In this document: positions 1-10,185 of the stretch, in pieces
How the letters are laid out: each line of letters starts with the position of its first letter
How positions within the stretch are numbered: the first letter of the stretch is position 1
IMG/VR virus record: IMGVR_UViG_3300005264_000039
Span: 4,381-68,380 of that record
Reading direction: 5' to 3' (one strand)
Length of the DNA stretch: 64,000 bases
Origin: a virus
Made by a program: the position numbers and the translations under genes
Notes under the pieces: generated by a model
The model's database searches: none
What the model saw: the letters and a program-made list of their open reading frames with translations, nothing else
Told to the model about the DNA's origin: nothing

Positions 1-104
1 TTATCGGTAATATTATTTGATTTCATTTTTACTACATCATATAATCCATTTGATTTGATGTGGTGGAAATAATAATCAGTATAATTTGTTATTAATTTAC
101 TCAT
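1..104 (-). CDS. hypothetical protein, runs off window start
   Basis: ATG at 104, open frame MSKLITNYTDYYFHH... to position 1; motif-2 promoter at 195-207. Confidence 0.4.
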   Translation of the reverse strand, partial: MSKLITNYTDYYFHHIKSNGLYDVVKMKSNNITD

Positions 105-295
105 ATATTGATTTTTGTGTGTAATATTTTACACATAATTATACATGTTGTGTATTATATTACACGTTTATTAAAATATAATAATTATATTATCATAAAT
201 AAAGTAAAATTTTATTTAATATTGGATATTTTTGAAAAAAAAAATCAATATATTAATATATTGATTTTTTACTTTGTCAATTATGGTAATCCCAC

Positions 296-508
296 TTAGT
301 TTATTTTAATATTAAACCATTTTTCAACTTCGCTGTGTGAACCGAATTCAACTTTACCTAACATTTGCTCATATGCATCTTCATATACAATCATGTATTT
401 ATCTTTGAATCCTGTCTTTGTGATATGTAATAATTCAGGAGAATCATCAAATTTAAATGTTTGACATGTTGTTTCTATTTCAGTTAAATTTATTTTTGTT
501 TTACTCAT
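296..508 (-). CDS. hypothetical protein
   Basis: 70 aa ORF overlapping the recA stop. Confidence 0.6.
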   Translation of the reverse strand: MSKTKINLTEIETTCQTFKFDDSPELLHITKTGFKDKYMIVYEDAYEQMLGKVEFGSHSEVEKWFNIKIN

Positions 509-2072
509 TTTCTTTTTTATTATTTTTTATTTTTTTACTTCTATCATATTCCAATATTAAGATATTAGCAATTATATCATATAATATATCTTTCAAATGT
601 GGATGTGTTATTGTAAATAGTTCTATGAAATCTTTTTGATAAAATTTATATTCTTCAATTTCACCTGTTTTTTCATCGGTAATTTCTAATTTACTCCATG
701 CACCAGCTACGGTTATAAATCCATTTTCTTTTAAAACATCATACCATCCACTAAATTCATCAATTCCTTTATTAAAAAGTATATCAAAATTACAACTTCT
801 AAGTGGCGGTGCAATTCTATTTTTAGAAACAATTACTTTTGTATTAATTCCAATTACATTTTTATTTTTATCTTTTAATTGACCATTCTGTTTTAATCTT
901 AATCGAACTGAACTGTGGTATGCAATTGATTTACCTCCCGATGTCGTGTATGGGTCGCCAAACATGGTATTATGTGATACTACATTATTAGACATATAAG
1001 TATTATCACCACCTAAATTAAAATCTACAATTGGTATTAATTCATCTGTTTTAACGATTGTAAAATTATACCATCTGACATTTTTATTCAGTTTATACTT
1101 ATCTTCATTACCATATAATTTCTTTATTTCTATAAATGATTCTTTTTGTGTTGCATTCTCTTTACATAAAATTTTATGCTCGCCACTTGTTTCTAATGTT
1201 TCAAAATCATATTCAATAATATATTTAATACTATCCTTTTTTCTTATAATATGTTTTATATCATTCCATTTATCATTATATCCTGCAACTTTATATTTAA
1301 ATGAAGAAACATCGATTGCTGTGTCTATTTCCATTTGATTATAATCGTGACCCATGTTTTTAAATAAGTCATTCATAGAAATAGTATATTTACCATTGTC
1401 CATTTGAACATGTATTTTTGTACTTGGGTGTACACATCCTAATTTAGTACGCAATTGATTTGTAAATATTAACAATACACGTTGTTTATTAATTAAATTA
1501 GTTATCTTCCGCATTGCCTTTGACAATATGATTGCTTTACTAGTTGCCCAACCATCTTTATTATAATCAGCACCTTGTTCAACTACAGTAGTTGCACCTG
1601 CAACACTATCAACAACAATTGTTATAAGCTTATCGATTGATTTGCCTCTCACTTCAAGAATAAGTTTTTCAATTGTTTCAAATATTTCCTCTAACGTTTC
1701 TAATTGAATATATAGTAGTTTATCAGTATCAATACCAATTGCATATAAAAATTCTTCAGTAACAGCACTTTCAGTATCAATGTATACACCGACACCATCA
1801 TTAGTTTGTGTGTTTTTTAATATAGTACTTGCCAATAAACTTTTACCACTTGCTTCCAACCCAGTTATTTCAATGATTTTACCAACTGGCAGTCCTCCAT
1901 CTTTTCGATTTGAAATAATTAAATCAGTTATTGCGTTTCCTGTCGATACATACTCTTTTATATCAGATGGGTTGTCTTCAGTTCCTAGAAAATATGCAAC
2001 TGTTTCATTTTTAAATAATTTATTAATTGAATCTTTCAGTGTTTCAATTTCAGTTTTTTCTTTTTTTGCCAT
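501..2072 (-). CDS. recA: RecA/UvsX-like recombinase containing an intein
   Basis: Walker A GLEASGKS, YIDTESA, Walker B IVVDSVA, FTNQLR, MFGDPYTTSGG, KNRIAPP. Confidence 0.96.
   Translation of the reverse strand: MAKKEKTEIETLKDSINKLFKNETVAYFLGTEDNPSDIKEYVSTGNAITDLIISNRKDGGLPVGKIIEITGLEASGKSLLASTILKNTQTNDGVGVYIDTESAVTEEFLYAIGIDTDKLLYIQLETLEEIFETIEKLILEVRGKSIDKLITIVVDSVAGATTVVEQGADYNKDGWATSKAIILSKAMRKITNLINKQRVLLIFTNQLRTKLGCVHPSTKIHVQMDNGKYTISMNDLFKNMGHDYNQMEIDTAIDVSSFKYKVAGYNDKWNDIKHIIRKKDSIKYIIEYDFETLETSGEHKILCKENATQKESFIEIKKLYGNEDKYKLNKNVRWYNFTIVKTDELIPIVDFNLGGDNTYMSNNVVSHNTMFGDPYTTSGGKSIAYHSSVRLRLKQNGQLKDKNKNVIGINTKVIVSKNRIAPPLRSCNFDILFNKGIDEFSGWYDVLKENGFITVAGAWSKLEITDEKTGEIEEYKFYQKDFIELFTITHPHLKDILYDIIANILILEYDRSKKIKNNKKENE
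969..1436 (-). mobile_element. 156-aa mini-intein in RecA, no endonuclease domain
   Basis: Begins CVHPSTKI, block B ETSGEHKIL, ends NVVSHN followed by Thr; removal restores NQLRTKLG/TMFGDP. Confidence 0.92.
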
Positions 2073-2134
2073 GTTATATTATTTTATATGAAAAATAGAG
2101 TAAGTAATAACTACTCACTCTATCATATTTTAAC

Positions 2135-2947
2135 TTAATCTTTTAATAAATTTTTAAATTTATCTAAGTAATTTTCTTTTCCAGTATCAGCAGTTGGTTC
2201 GTCTTTTTTAGATATAACTTGTTTTGACTCTTTAACCGTTTGTTCGTTAGTTGGTGTGCCTTCTTTTTTATAATCAATATATTTTTCTAGTGCTTCTCTA
2301 TATTTTTCTTCTGGTTGTTCTTTGAATAATGCTGTCGATTGTATGTCTACTACACTATCTACAATAGCTTTACATTCAGCATCACTATCGGCTAGCATTG
2401 ATGGTTTTCTTGCAAATCGAATTTTTGTATTACCATATTGATTTCCTGCTTCTTTTGGTGTTTGTTTGGTAATAATTATATCAGTACCAGTCTTTTCATC
2501 TGCAATGTCACCATATTCAGGGTCAGATGCATATACTAATATTTCTTTTAAAATTCTTTCACTGAAATTCCAGTATTTAACTTTCGGAGTTTTACCTTCA
2601 ACTTCTTCACTTCTTACAATTACAGGTACTAATATACGTTTAGTTGGTGATAGTCTTTTTGCAAGTTCAATATCATCAGAATCTTTTGAAGAATATAGTT
2701 CTTTTACAAATTTTAAAATTATGTCTTCTTTTTGAAATGTTTTTGCACTTATTAAACTTGGTTTTGTGAAGTAATAAATATATTGGCCAATGAACGGCCA
2801 ACCAGATTTACCATATTTATTTGGTACTATTCTTACTCGTGTGTCACCTGCTTCAAGTTTTAAAAATAAATCACCGAAATCGTTACTTCCTTGTTTTGAA
2901 TTAAGTTTTTCTAACTCTTGTTTTACTACATCTAAATCTAATGCCAT
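2135..2947 (-). CDS. single-stranded DNA-binding protein, gp32-like
   Basis: RVRIVP, PVIVR, DPEYGDIAD..TGTDIII, C-terminal LDKFKNLLKD; adjacent to recA. Confidence 0.8.
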   Translation of the reverse strand: MALDLDVVKQELEKLNSKQGSNDFGDLFLKLEAGDTRVRIVPNKYGKSGWPFIGQYIYYFTKPSLISAKTFQKEDIILKFVKELYSSKDSDDIELAKRLSPTKRILVPVIVRSEEVEGKTPKVKYWNFSERILKEILVYASDPEYGDIADEKTGTDIIITKQTPKEAGNQYGNTKIRFARKPSMLADSDAECKAIVDSVVDIQSTALFKEQPEEKYREALEKYIDYKKEGTPTNEQTVKESKQVISKKDEPTADTGKENYLDKFKNLLKD

Positions 2948-2966
2948 TTTTTTTGTTTTTGTTTTG

Positions 2967-3143
2967 TTAATTATTTGGGTTAATTTTGTTTGGGTTATTT
3001 TTTTCTAATAATTTTTCTAATGTTAATGTAATTTCATTTTTAAACCACATTGTTCCATCATTATAATATTCAATTATTTTTTCTAATAATTTTTCTTCAG
3101 TTATTTTATTATTGAATTTTTTTAAGTATTCTTCTATTTTCAT
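2967..3143 (-). CDS. small hypothetical protein (58 aa)
   Basis: Hand translation MKIEEYLKKF...; EKLLEK occurs twice. Confidence 0.4.
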   Translation of the reverse strand: MKIEEYLKKFNNKITEEKLLEKIIEYYNDGTMWFKNEITLTLEKLLEKNNPNKINPNN

Positions 3144-3306
3144 ATTTACAATTTTTGTTTTTTATAAACTAATAAAATTAAAAAAAAATTATAACACATA
3201 TCAAAATATTGGATTTAAGCCTTTCAAATTTTATAGTTACACTTACATATAACTTTTATAAAATAATGCAACAGATTTAATATTTCGATTGGTTGTGTTT
3301 ATTTTA

Positions 3307-4527
3307 TTAAGTATAATTACCATCATAAATTTTAATATCATAAAATAAATTCAATTCTTTTAACATATCGAAAATATTTTTTATTTGTGTATCATTATGA
3401 TGTTCTTCGTCAATATCAAATAAAAATGAATCATAATTATACATAACTAATTTAATATTCACGTTATCAATTATTTTTAAAATTTTATGTATTATCATCA
3501 TCGACATCTCCATTTCAAGTAATTGAATATAATAATTAAATATTTTTATTTTTGTTACATATTGTGAATTTGTTATATAATTTTTTATTTTATTAAATGG
3601 ACTTTCGATATAACCATGTAAATTATATTGTTCCCATAATTTTTCAATTAATATATCAGCTTTTTGAAATATTTCTATGTTATTTCTCTCATTATTTTGT
3701 TTATCATCATATAAAAATCTAAAATTTTTTATTTTTGATTGTCTATATTGTTCATTAGTTAACTGAGTAGTATTGAAATAATATCTTTCTCCTAAATAAG
3801 TATGCCAATTATTATATTCAGTCGGAATGTCTATATTGAAAATTTTGGATAGTAATAGTAAATGATAAGAATTAAAATCAATTTCTAAGAAAAACCCTTT
3901 TTCGAATTGTGTGGTTATCATTGACCTTTCGTTATTCTTTTTATTCAAACTCATAAAATTTAAATTATAAATATTATTAGTTGGTCGTAGTGTTTTTGAA
4001 AATAATGTGTAATTGCTATATATTTTATCAATTTTATTACTAGTTACAAATTTATATGTTTTAGCTTTATATAATTTTAATATATCAATATCAATATTTA
4101 TATTATTTTTTTCAATTTGTATCATGTTTGATATTATTGTATTATTGACAAAGGTGTTATATGATAAATTTATATCAATGCGTTTATAATCGAATAATTC
4201 TATTATTTTATGATTTGGAATTAAGTATAACTTACTATTATAAAAACTATTGAAAGAATCATATGTTTGAGTTGTATAATAGTCTATTTTTTTTGTTTTT
4301 ATAAAATTTTGGATGGTTACATCATATATATTATCTTTATTTTCTATAGATAATGATTGTAGTAATTCTTTTTTATTATTAGTATATATTTTATATGTGT
4401 TATATTTTGATATTTTCAGTTTATGTGTCACAATTACATTGCCATCATCTTCAATTATCAAATACCGATTGTTTGTACAATTATAAATATGTCTATTGCT
4501 AAATTCTTTTATTAAAAATATAAACAT
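3307..4527 (-). CDS. family A DNA polymerase-like protein (short, divergent)
   Basis: Motif A-like EIDFNSYHLLL, motif B-like SKIKNFRFLY, NYYIQ, motif C-like YNYDSFLFD. Confidence 0.7.
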   Translation of the reverse strand: MFIFLIKEFSNRHIYNCTNNRYLIIEDDGNVIVTHKLKISKYNTYKIYTNNKKELLQSLSIENKDNIYDVTIQNFIKTKKIDYYTTQTYDSFNSFYNSKLYLIPNHKIIELFDYKRIDINLSYNTFVNNTIISNMIQIEKNNINIDIDILKLYKAKTYKFVTSNKIDKIYSNYTLFSKTLRPTNNIYNLNFMSLNKKNNERSMITTQFEKGFFLEIDFNSYHLLLLSKIFNIDIPTEYNNWHTYLGERYYFNTTQLTNEQYRQSKIKNFRFLYDDKQNNERNNIEIFQKADILIEKLWEQYNLHGYIESPFNKIKNYITNSQYVTKIKIFNYYIQLLEMEMSMMIIHKILKIIDNVNIKLVMYNYDSFLFDIDEEHHNDTQIKNIFDMLKELNLFYDIKIYDGNYT

Positions 4528-4549
4528 TTTTTATTGAAAATGAAATAAA

Positions 4550-5122
4550 TTAATTATTCAATGAATATTCTATATATCTACCTGATAGTAATTTTTGTAA
4601 TCCTTTCATTTTTTTTTCATAATGTTGTATTGTTCTTTTATTTGTATCATAGATACCATTTTCTGTGATAATATCATTCTTTTTGACATCATATATTTTT
4701 CCTGTAATTTTCCATTCTAACGTTATACCATAATATAAATTACCATTAATTCCTTTTCTTTTATCTGTTAGTGTGTCATATTGTTTATTATCAATTTCTA
4801 TAACAACTGAATTATAATCATTACGTTTTTTTATAAAAAATCGTTTTATAAATCCATTCGTATAATCTCTTTCAGTTGGATTTATTTTTAATATTGCGAT
4901 TGGTTCTTCAAATCTAGTATAAATATATTGTCCTTTCAATTTTAAAAATTTTAAAAAAATATTATTGGTATTTAATTTCAACAGACGTTTATCGTCTGTT
5001 GAAAATAGAAAATTGTTTTTTTCATAATAATATCCAATATATTCAGTACCTGATAGTAACATATATTCTTTTCCTTTAGTATATAACATTTTTTTATCAG
5101 ATGTAATTGGTGTGTATTTCAT
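4550..5122 (-). CDS. hypothetical phage protein, possibly structural
   Basis: 190 aa ORF downstream of the hub gene. Confidence 0.6.
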   Translation of the reverse strand: MKYTPITSDKKMLYTKGKEYMLLSGTEYIGYYYEKNNFLFSTDDKRLLKLNTNNIFLKFLKLKGQYIYTRFEEPIAILKINPTERDYTNGFIKRFFIKKRNDYNSVVIEIDNKQYDTLTDKRKGINGNLYYGITLEWKITGKIYDVKKNDIITENGIYDTNKRTIQHYEKKMKGLQKLLSGRYIEYSLNN

Positions 5123-5262
5123 AATGGACTGACTTTCAATTACTTATAATTATTTTATGGGTTTATTAATATTATTAATTATATTAATTATATTAATTAT
5201 ATTAATAATTTCCTGCTTGATATTTTATATTAAGAATAAAGTAAATTAAATTTTTTAAAACA

Positions 5263-8175
5263 TTACTTCACCAATAATTTTTCAATTTTCATCATAGAAT
5301 CAATATGTGTTTGTGCAATTATTTTCTGTCCTCTATCAGATAACATAAAGGCACGTTCAACTGGGGTTGTATAAAACCCATTTTCAGTTAATATTGCTGG
5401 GCATTTTGTATAATTTACTATTCCTACATTATGACGTTTGTCAATACGATATTTGGATGATATGCGTTTATTATTAATTGTATTAATCCACATAGTATCC
5501 AACTCATCATAAAATATTTTAGCATATTCATATGATTTATCAGTAAAATTATTTTTATATGTTTTACCTTTTCGCTGATATGTAGGTGTTGAAATTATAG
5601 TCATTACACCACCTGCTGTACCTCTTTGACCAACATATTTAATTCTTTGTGCATTTCCATGTATTGATACTACTATTACTTGTTTATTAGGATTATTTTT
5701 TATGAATTTGTTTATAATTTGTGAACGTGTCCAAATAGAAACATCATTATTAGTAGTTATAGTTGGAATAGTTGTTAATCCACGTAAATTACCTAATTTA
5801 ATAATTTGTTTCATAACATCTCGATTGAATTTATATTCTAATAATTGTGGAACACCACTATTATCAGATACATCATTTGGTGGGTATCTTTTATATGATG
5901 GATTCGTATTAATACCATGTCCTGGGTCAATAAACCAAACAACATTTGATGGTTTATTTTCATTTAAAATATCTTGTTGTTGATTATTTATAATTTCTTC
6001 TGCATTATTATCTAAATCATCGGATATAACTGTATAATTATTTTTTGCAAATGATGGACTATCATAATTAACATTGTTAATGTCATCTTCATTATTAACA
6101 CGCATAATTGTTTCAATTGATGTGTCCCATCCAGACGGAGTTATTGTATGTGAGACATTTGTTATTTGGAATATTGCTTTGTTTTTATACCTATCAGGTA
6201 AATAATCAATACCAATTATATTGCCAAATTGAATACCTCCTATTCCATCTAATGTAGTAGACATTTTCAATGGTAAAAACATCATTTTTTTATTATTTTT
6301 CACATTTGTATCAGTTTTAACATCACGACCAAAATTATCAGCAATACATTTTGCCATAATTGTTTTTAATGTAACGACATTTTCATCAGTGCGACCATTC
6401 CAACCCCATCCATATACACGTTTTTTTGCTTCTAATAGTTTAGTATTGTATTCTGATTCGCTCCATTCTGTGACATTTTCATTTGAATCGCCATCACTTA
6501 AATCCGTTTCGGAATTAACACGTGGTAATCCTAAATCGACTGTTGCTAAGTTAGTTAAGTTTGCACCATAAAAATTATATTGTGATGTAGTACTATCCGA
6601 ATTACTTACATTCGTATTATTTGCATTAGTTCCATACATTATTTGTGCTTTTATTTCTTCATCTACATTAGTTGAAATATCTACATTTTTAACTATACTA
6701 TTTTTATTGTATACTTTTAAAATATATGGATTTAATTTATCACGTTCGACAAAGTTGTAATCGACAATTTGAATAACATCTGGTTCATTTTCATTGACAA
6801 AAGAACCTAAGTTCCAAGTATTTACATTAGCATCATTTATGGAATTTAAAATACTAGTTAACAACTCATTTAATGTTTTTGTTGAATTGACCGCATTTAA
6901 TATAAGTCGTAAGTTTAATAATATACCTTGTAGTTTGAAATATTGCCCATCGACAATATCAATGACTAATTCGTTTGGTATAGATGAAATTGATTTTGAA
7001 AGAAACTTGTTATCTTTAAAAGAAGTTTGTCCAAATGGTAATATGCAGATAAGTGGGTCTGCAGAAAAATGTATTCCATTGAATGATAATTTTGTGTTAT
7101 TGCTATTTAATTTAGGTAATAAATCCTGTTGAGACATTTCAATCGAACCACCTGTATCATTTTTTAGTTGGTTATTTAATATATGTGCTTGAAAGTTTTT
7201 ATTTGTTAATATAACATCATCACCACATTCAGTATTATTTTTAATCCGAAGTGATAAATTATTATTTATAATATATTTTTCAAAATATTCCCATGTCACA
7301 TAGTATTGGTGGTCTTCCTTTTTATCAATATCATTAAAATCGCCTTCTTCATACTTAGCAGATTCAATGTCAATTCTAATACCCATCATTTTATTTGCAA
7401 TAATAAGTTCCTTATCATCATTACCATTAATTCTATCAACTGTAGCACGAATTGTAGATTTTATATTCTCATCAACTACGTGTTCATTATCTACATTTGG
7501 TTTTGTTAATTTTTTAGATGTTGAATGGATATTCATATCTAAAAACATACCACCTACACTTTGTATAGTAGTTGTACAATCAAAACCACCATCAGGTCTA
7601 ATAGACCAGCTAAATGTAGAAATCGGACCTTGCATCCCATCATAATGTCCATTGTATTTATCAACTAATTCATATATTTTTTTAGTCATGCATCTGTCTG
7701 AAATTGGTGGTATTTTGTGTAAATCACTGTAAACATTTGTATTATTATCATCAGCCATAATATTCCAACCCCATTCTAATAATAAACTCATGCCAGGTGT
7801 CATATACAATTTTTCAAATGTATTTAATTGTTGAATACTCCATACAGTAAAATTAATTGTAGCTTCTCTTATTGAACCCATACTCCCTTTATTTGTTACT
7901 GATACATTTGTAATGCCTGGTAATGGTCTATCATATTCATCGTATAATTCTTTATATCCACTTGGTGTTTTTTTTGTTGATAATGATGTCGTGCCATTGT
8001 ATAAAATATTGTCATTTCTTATATTGTTATCACCATCTATTGAAACCATCGATGTTAATCTTGTCCATGTAGTTTTATTATTTAACCAGTTTTTACGTAA
8101 ATTAATATTATTTTGTTGTCTATAATCTAATGTTTTGCGAATGTTATTTCGTATGTCGCTTAAAAATAGTCCCAT
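5263..8175 (-). CDS. baseplate hub/tail protein with C-terminal N-acetylmuramoyl-L-alanine amidase (Amidase_3-like)
   Basis: N-terminal LEWGW and FQITNVSHTI..GWDTSI hub-like motifs; C-terminal IDPGHG, E, SIHGNA, PAILTENGF. Confidence 0.8.
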   Translation of the reverse strand: MGLFLSDIRNNIRKTLDYRQQNNINLRKNWLNNKTTWTRLTSMVSIDGDNNIRNDNILYNGTTSLSTKKTPSGYKELYDEYDRPLPGITNVSVTNKGSMGSIREATINFTVWSIQQLNTFEKLYMTPGMSLLLEWGWNIMADDNNTNVYSDLHKIPPISDRCMTKKIYELVDKYNGHYDGMQGPISTFSWSIRPDGGFDCTTTIQSVGGMFLDMNIHSTSKKLTKPNVDNEHVVDENIKSTIRATVDRINGNDDKELIIANKMMGIRIDIESAKYEEGDFNDIDKKEDHQYYVTWEYFEKYIINNNLSLRIKNNTECGDDVILTNKNFQAHILNNQLKNDTGGSIEMSQQDLLPKLNSNNTKLSFNGIHFSADPLICILPFGQTSFKDNKFLSKSISSIPNELVIDIVDGQYFKLQGILLNLRLILNAVNSTKTLNELLTSILNSINDANVNTWNLGSFVNENEPDVIQIVDYNFVERDKLNPYILKVYNKNSIVKNVDISTNVDEEIKAQIMYGTNANNTNVSNSDSTTSQYNFYGANLTNLATVDLGLPRVNSETDLSDGDSNENVTEWSESEYNTKLLEAKKRVYGWGWNGRTDENVVTLKTIMAKCIADNFGRDVKTDTNVKNNKKMMFLPLKMSTTLDGIGGIQFGNIIGIDYLPDRYKNKAIFQITNVSHTITPSGWDTSIETIMRVNNEDDINNVNYDSPSFAKNNYTVISDDLDNNAEEIINNQQQDILNENKPSNVVWFIDPGHGINTNPSYKRYPPNDVSDNSGVPQLLEYKFNRDVMKQIIKLGNLRGLTTIPTITTNNDVSIWTRSQIINKFIKNNPNKQVIVVSIHGNAQRIKYVGQRGTAGGVMTIISTPTYQRKGKTYKNNFTDKSYEYAKIFYDELDTMWINTINNKRISSKYRIDKRHNVGIVNYTKCPAILTENGFYTTPVERAFMLSDRGQKIIAQTHIDSMMKIEKLLVK

Positions 8176-8240
8176 GTTGTTTTTTATATAAATATGATAT
8201 TTTAATTTATATGTATATTTAAGTTTTTTTAAGAAACTAT

Positions 8241-8272
8241 TTTGTTTATTAATAATTTTTAGTGTATATTTG
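8241..8272 (+). promoter_or_regulatory. Bacteroidota-type housekeeping promoter upstream of the sigma factor
   Basis: TTTG (8241-8244), 20 nt spacer, TATATTTG (8265-8272). Confidence 0.7.
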
Positions 8273-8315
8273 CAAATATATATTATTAATCACTCTAAAA
8301 TAAAAAATAAAAAAA

Positions 8316-9110
8316 ATGGCATTCACAACATCGGATAGTTATGTAAAATACGTAGCTAGTATAAGGAATCTAAAACCATTGTCAAAGAAGGAAGAATCTT
8401 CTTTGACAATGCGTGCACATGGTGGTGACATAGGTGCTCGTAATGAATTGGTTAAGCACAATTTATTGTGGGCACTAAAATCAGCAAGAAAATTTCAGCA
8501 TACTGCTGAATTAGAAGATTTGATTCAGGAGGCAAATTTAGGATTATTGCTTAGTGTTGATAAATACTCCGATATTGGCAATAAGTTCTATACATTTGCC
8601 AAAAGTCACATTAATAAGGAGATTTTTGATTTTCTTGCAACCAAAAATTCTACTATTCGTATTCCGTGGAATCGTAGAAGAAATTTGGATAAAATACGGA
8701 AGTTCAAAGAAGATTTCGTAAAAAAACATAATCGCACACCAAGTATGTTTGAAATTCGTGATGTGTGTGGAGGAAGTGAACTTGATGAAACGATATCGGT
8801 TTCTCTGGACAGTCCTGTTACTGAAGATGGACTAACCATAATAGATACAATCGGTGTGAATGATGATGAAATAACCACATCTAAAAAAACAATCATGTCT
8901 GAATTGGAACGATTGTTAGATAAAAATGAAATTGTAATAATTTCATTGATGTTTGGGTTTGTAGATAATATCGAACGAGATATACCAACAATTTCAAATG
9001 TATTAGAACATGAATATAATATCTCATATTCTAATAAACAAATAAGTAGAATAATTGACGGTGCTTTGATAAAATTGAGGAAATCAACAATATTTAAAGA
9101 AATGTTATGA
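8316..9110 (+). CDS. RNA polymerase sigma-70 family factor
   Basis: [51 protein letters not shown]. Confidence 0.9.
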   Translation: MAFTTSDSYVKYVASIRNLKPLSKKEESSLTMRAHGGDIGARNELVKHNLLWALKSARKFQHTAELEDLIQEANLGLLLSVDKYSDIGNKFYTFAKSHINKEIFDFLATKNSTIRIPWNRRRNLDKIRKFKEDFVKKHNRTPSMFEIRDVCGGSELDETISVSLDSPVTEDGLTIIDTIGVNDDEITTSKKTIMSELERLLDKNEIVIISLMFGFVDNIERDIPTISNVLEHEYNISYSNKQISRIIDGALIKLRKSTIFKEML

Positions 9111-10081
9111 TGAATAAGAAAGATTATTATAAAATATTGGAAGTTTCACAGGAAGCATCTGGTGATGATATAAAAAAATCATATCGGAAATTAGCAAAGA
9201 AATACCATCCTGATACGAATCCCGGCAATGTAGAAGCAGAAGAAAGATTTAAAGAAATTGCAGAAGCATATGAAATTTTAGGAAATGTGGAAAAACGTTC
9301 ACAATATGATATGGGTAGACAATATTCACTGAAGGATATTTTAAACACGTATGAACAAGCGATATTCAGAACCAATGTCAATTATGGTATGGATATACGA
9401 GTTGAAGTTGTTGTTGAACCAACTCAATTATTAAAAGATAACACGATAATAATTGAATACCCACGTGTAATAAAATGTACTTCCTGTAATGGTGTTGGAG
9501 GTCACACTACAAAATCATGTGAAGTCTGTAATGGAAATGGTTATATTGATAATAATGGCATTAAAATAGAATGTCCGATATGTGGAGGTACAGGAAGCAT
9601 ACCAGATGATGTATGTGAATCATGTAATGGGAATAAGTTTATTAAAACGAACAAAAAGTTAAAAATAACATTGAATAAAGGAATATCATCAAAACAATTC
9701 AAACGAATTCATAATATGGGTAACGAAGGATTGAAGAAAAATGGTGATTTATATATCATCCAACGTATTAAAAATACGGATGAATTTAGAATATTACCAA
9801 ATGGGGATTTATTGGCGAATGTACATATTGATGTATTTGATTTAATGTTGAATGATGAACATGAAATAATATTATCAGATGATATTAAAGTCAAATATAA
9901 TACAAAAGACCGTGTTAACATGAAAATTGTATTAGATGGTGAAGGTATATTTGTAGAAGCAGTTGGTAAAACAACTAATTTAATAATAAACTTCATACCA
10001 AAAATACCAAAACAATCCGAATTTAATAATAATAATTTGAAAAAAATTAAAATGTTAATTAAAAGGATAAAAACAAAATAA
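9107..10081 (+). CDS. dnaJ: DnaJ chaperone
   Basis: J domain DYYKILEV...YHPD; four CxxCxGx(G/K) repeats; GDLY. Confidence 0.95.
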   Translation: MMNKKDYYKILEVSQEASGDDIKKSYRKLAKKYHPDTNPGNVEAEERFKEIAEAYEILGNVEKRSQYDMGRQYSLKDILNTYEQAIFRTNVNYGMDIRVEVVVEPTQLLKDNTIIIEYPRVIKCTSCNGVGGHTTKSCEVCNGNGYIDNNGIKIECPICGGTGSIPDDVCESCNGNKFIKTNKKLKITLNKGISSKQFKRIHNMGNEGLKKNGDLYIIQRIKNTDEFRILPNGDLLANVHIDVFDLMLNDEHEIILSDDIKVKYNTKDRVNMKIVLDGEGIFVEAVGKTTNLIINFIPKIPKQSEFNNNNLKKIKMLIKRIKTK

Positions 10082-10093
10082 AACTAGCAACTG

Positions 10094-10122
10094 AATCTCA
10101 TCTTAATGGTGGGATTTTTTTT
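10094..10122 (+). terminator. intrinsic terminator after dnaJ
   Basis: AATCTCATC-TTAAT-GGTGGGATT followed by T run. Confidence 0.75.
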
Positions 10123-10185
10123 GTTATAATATTTAATATATTTTATTTATAATGACAATCTATTTATAATAAAATATATATCAAA

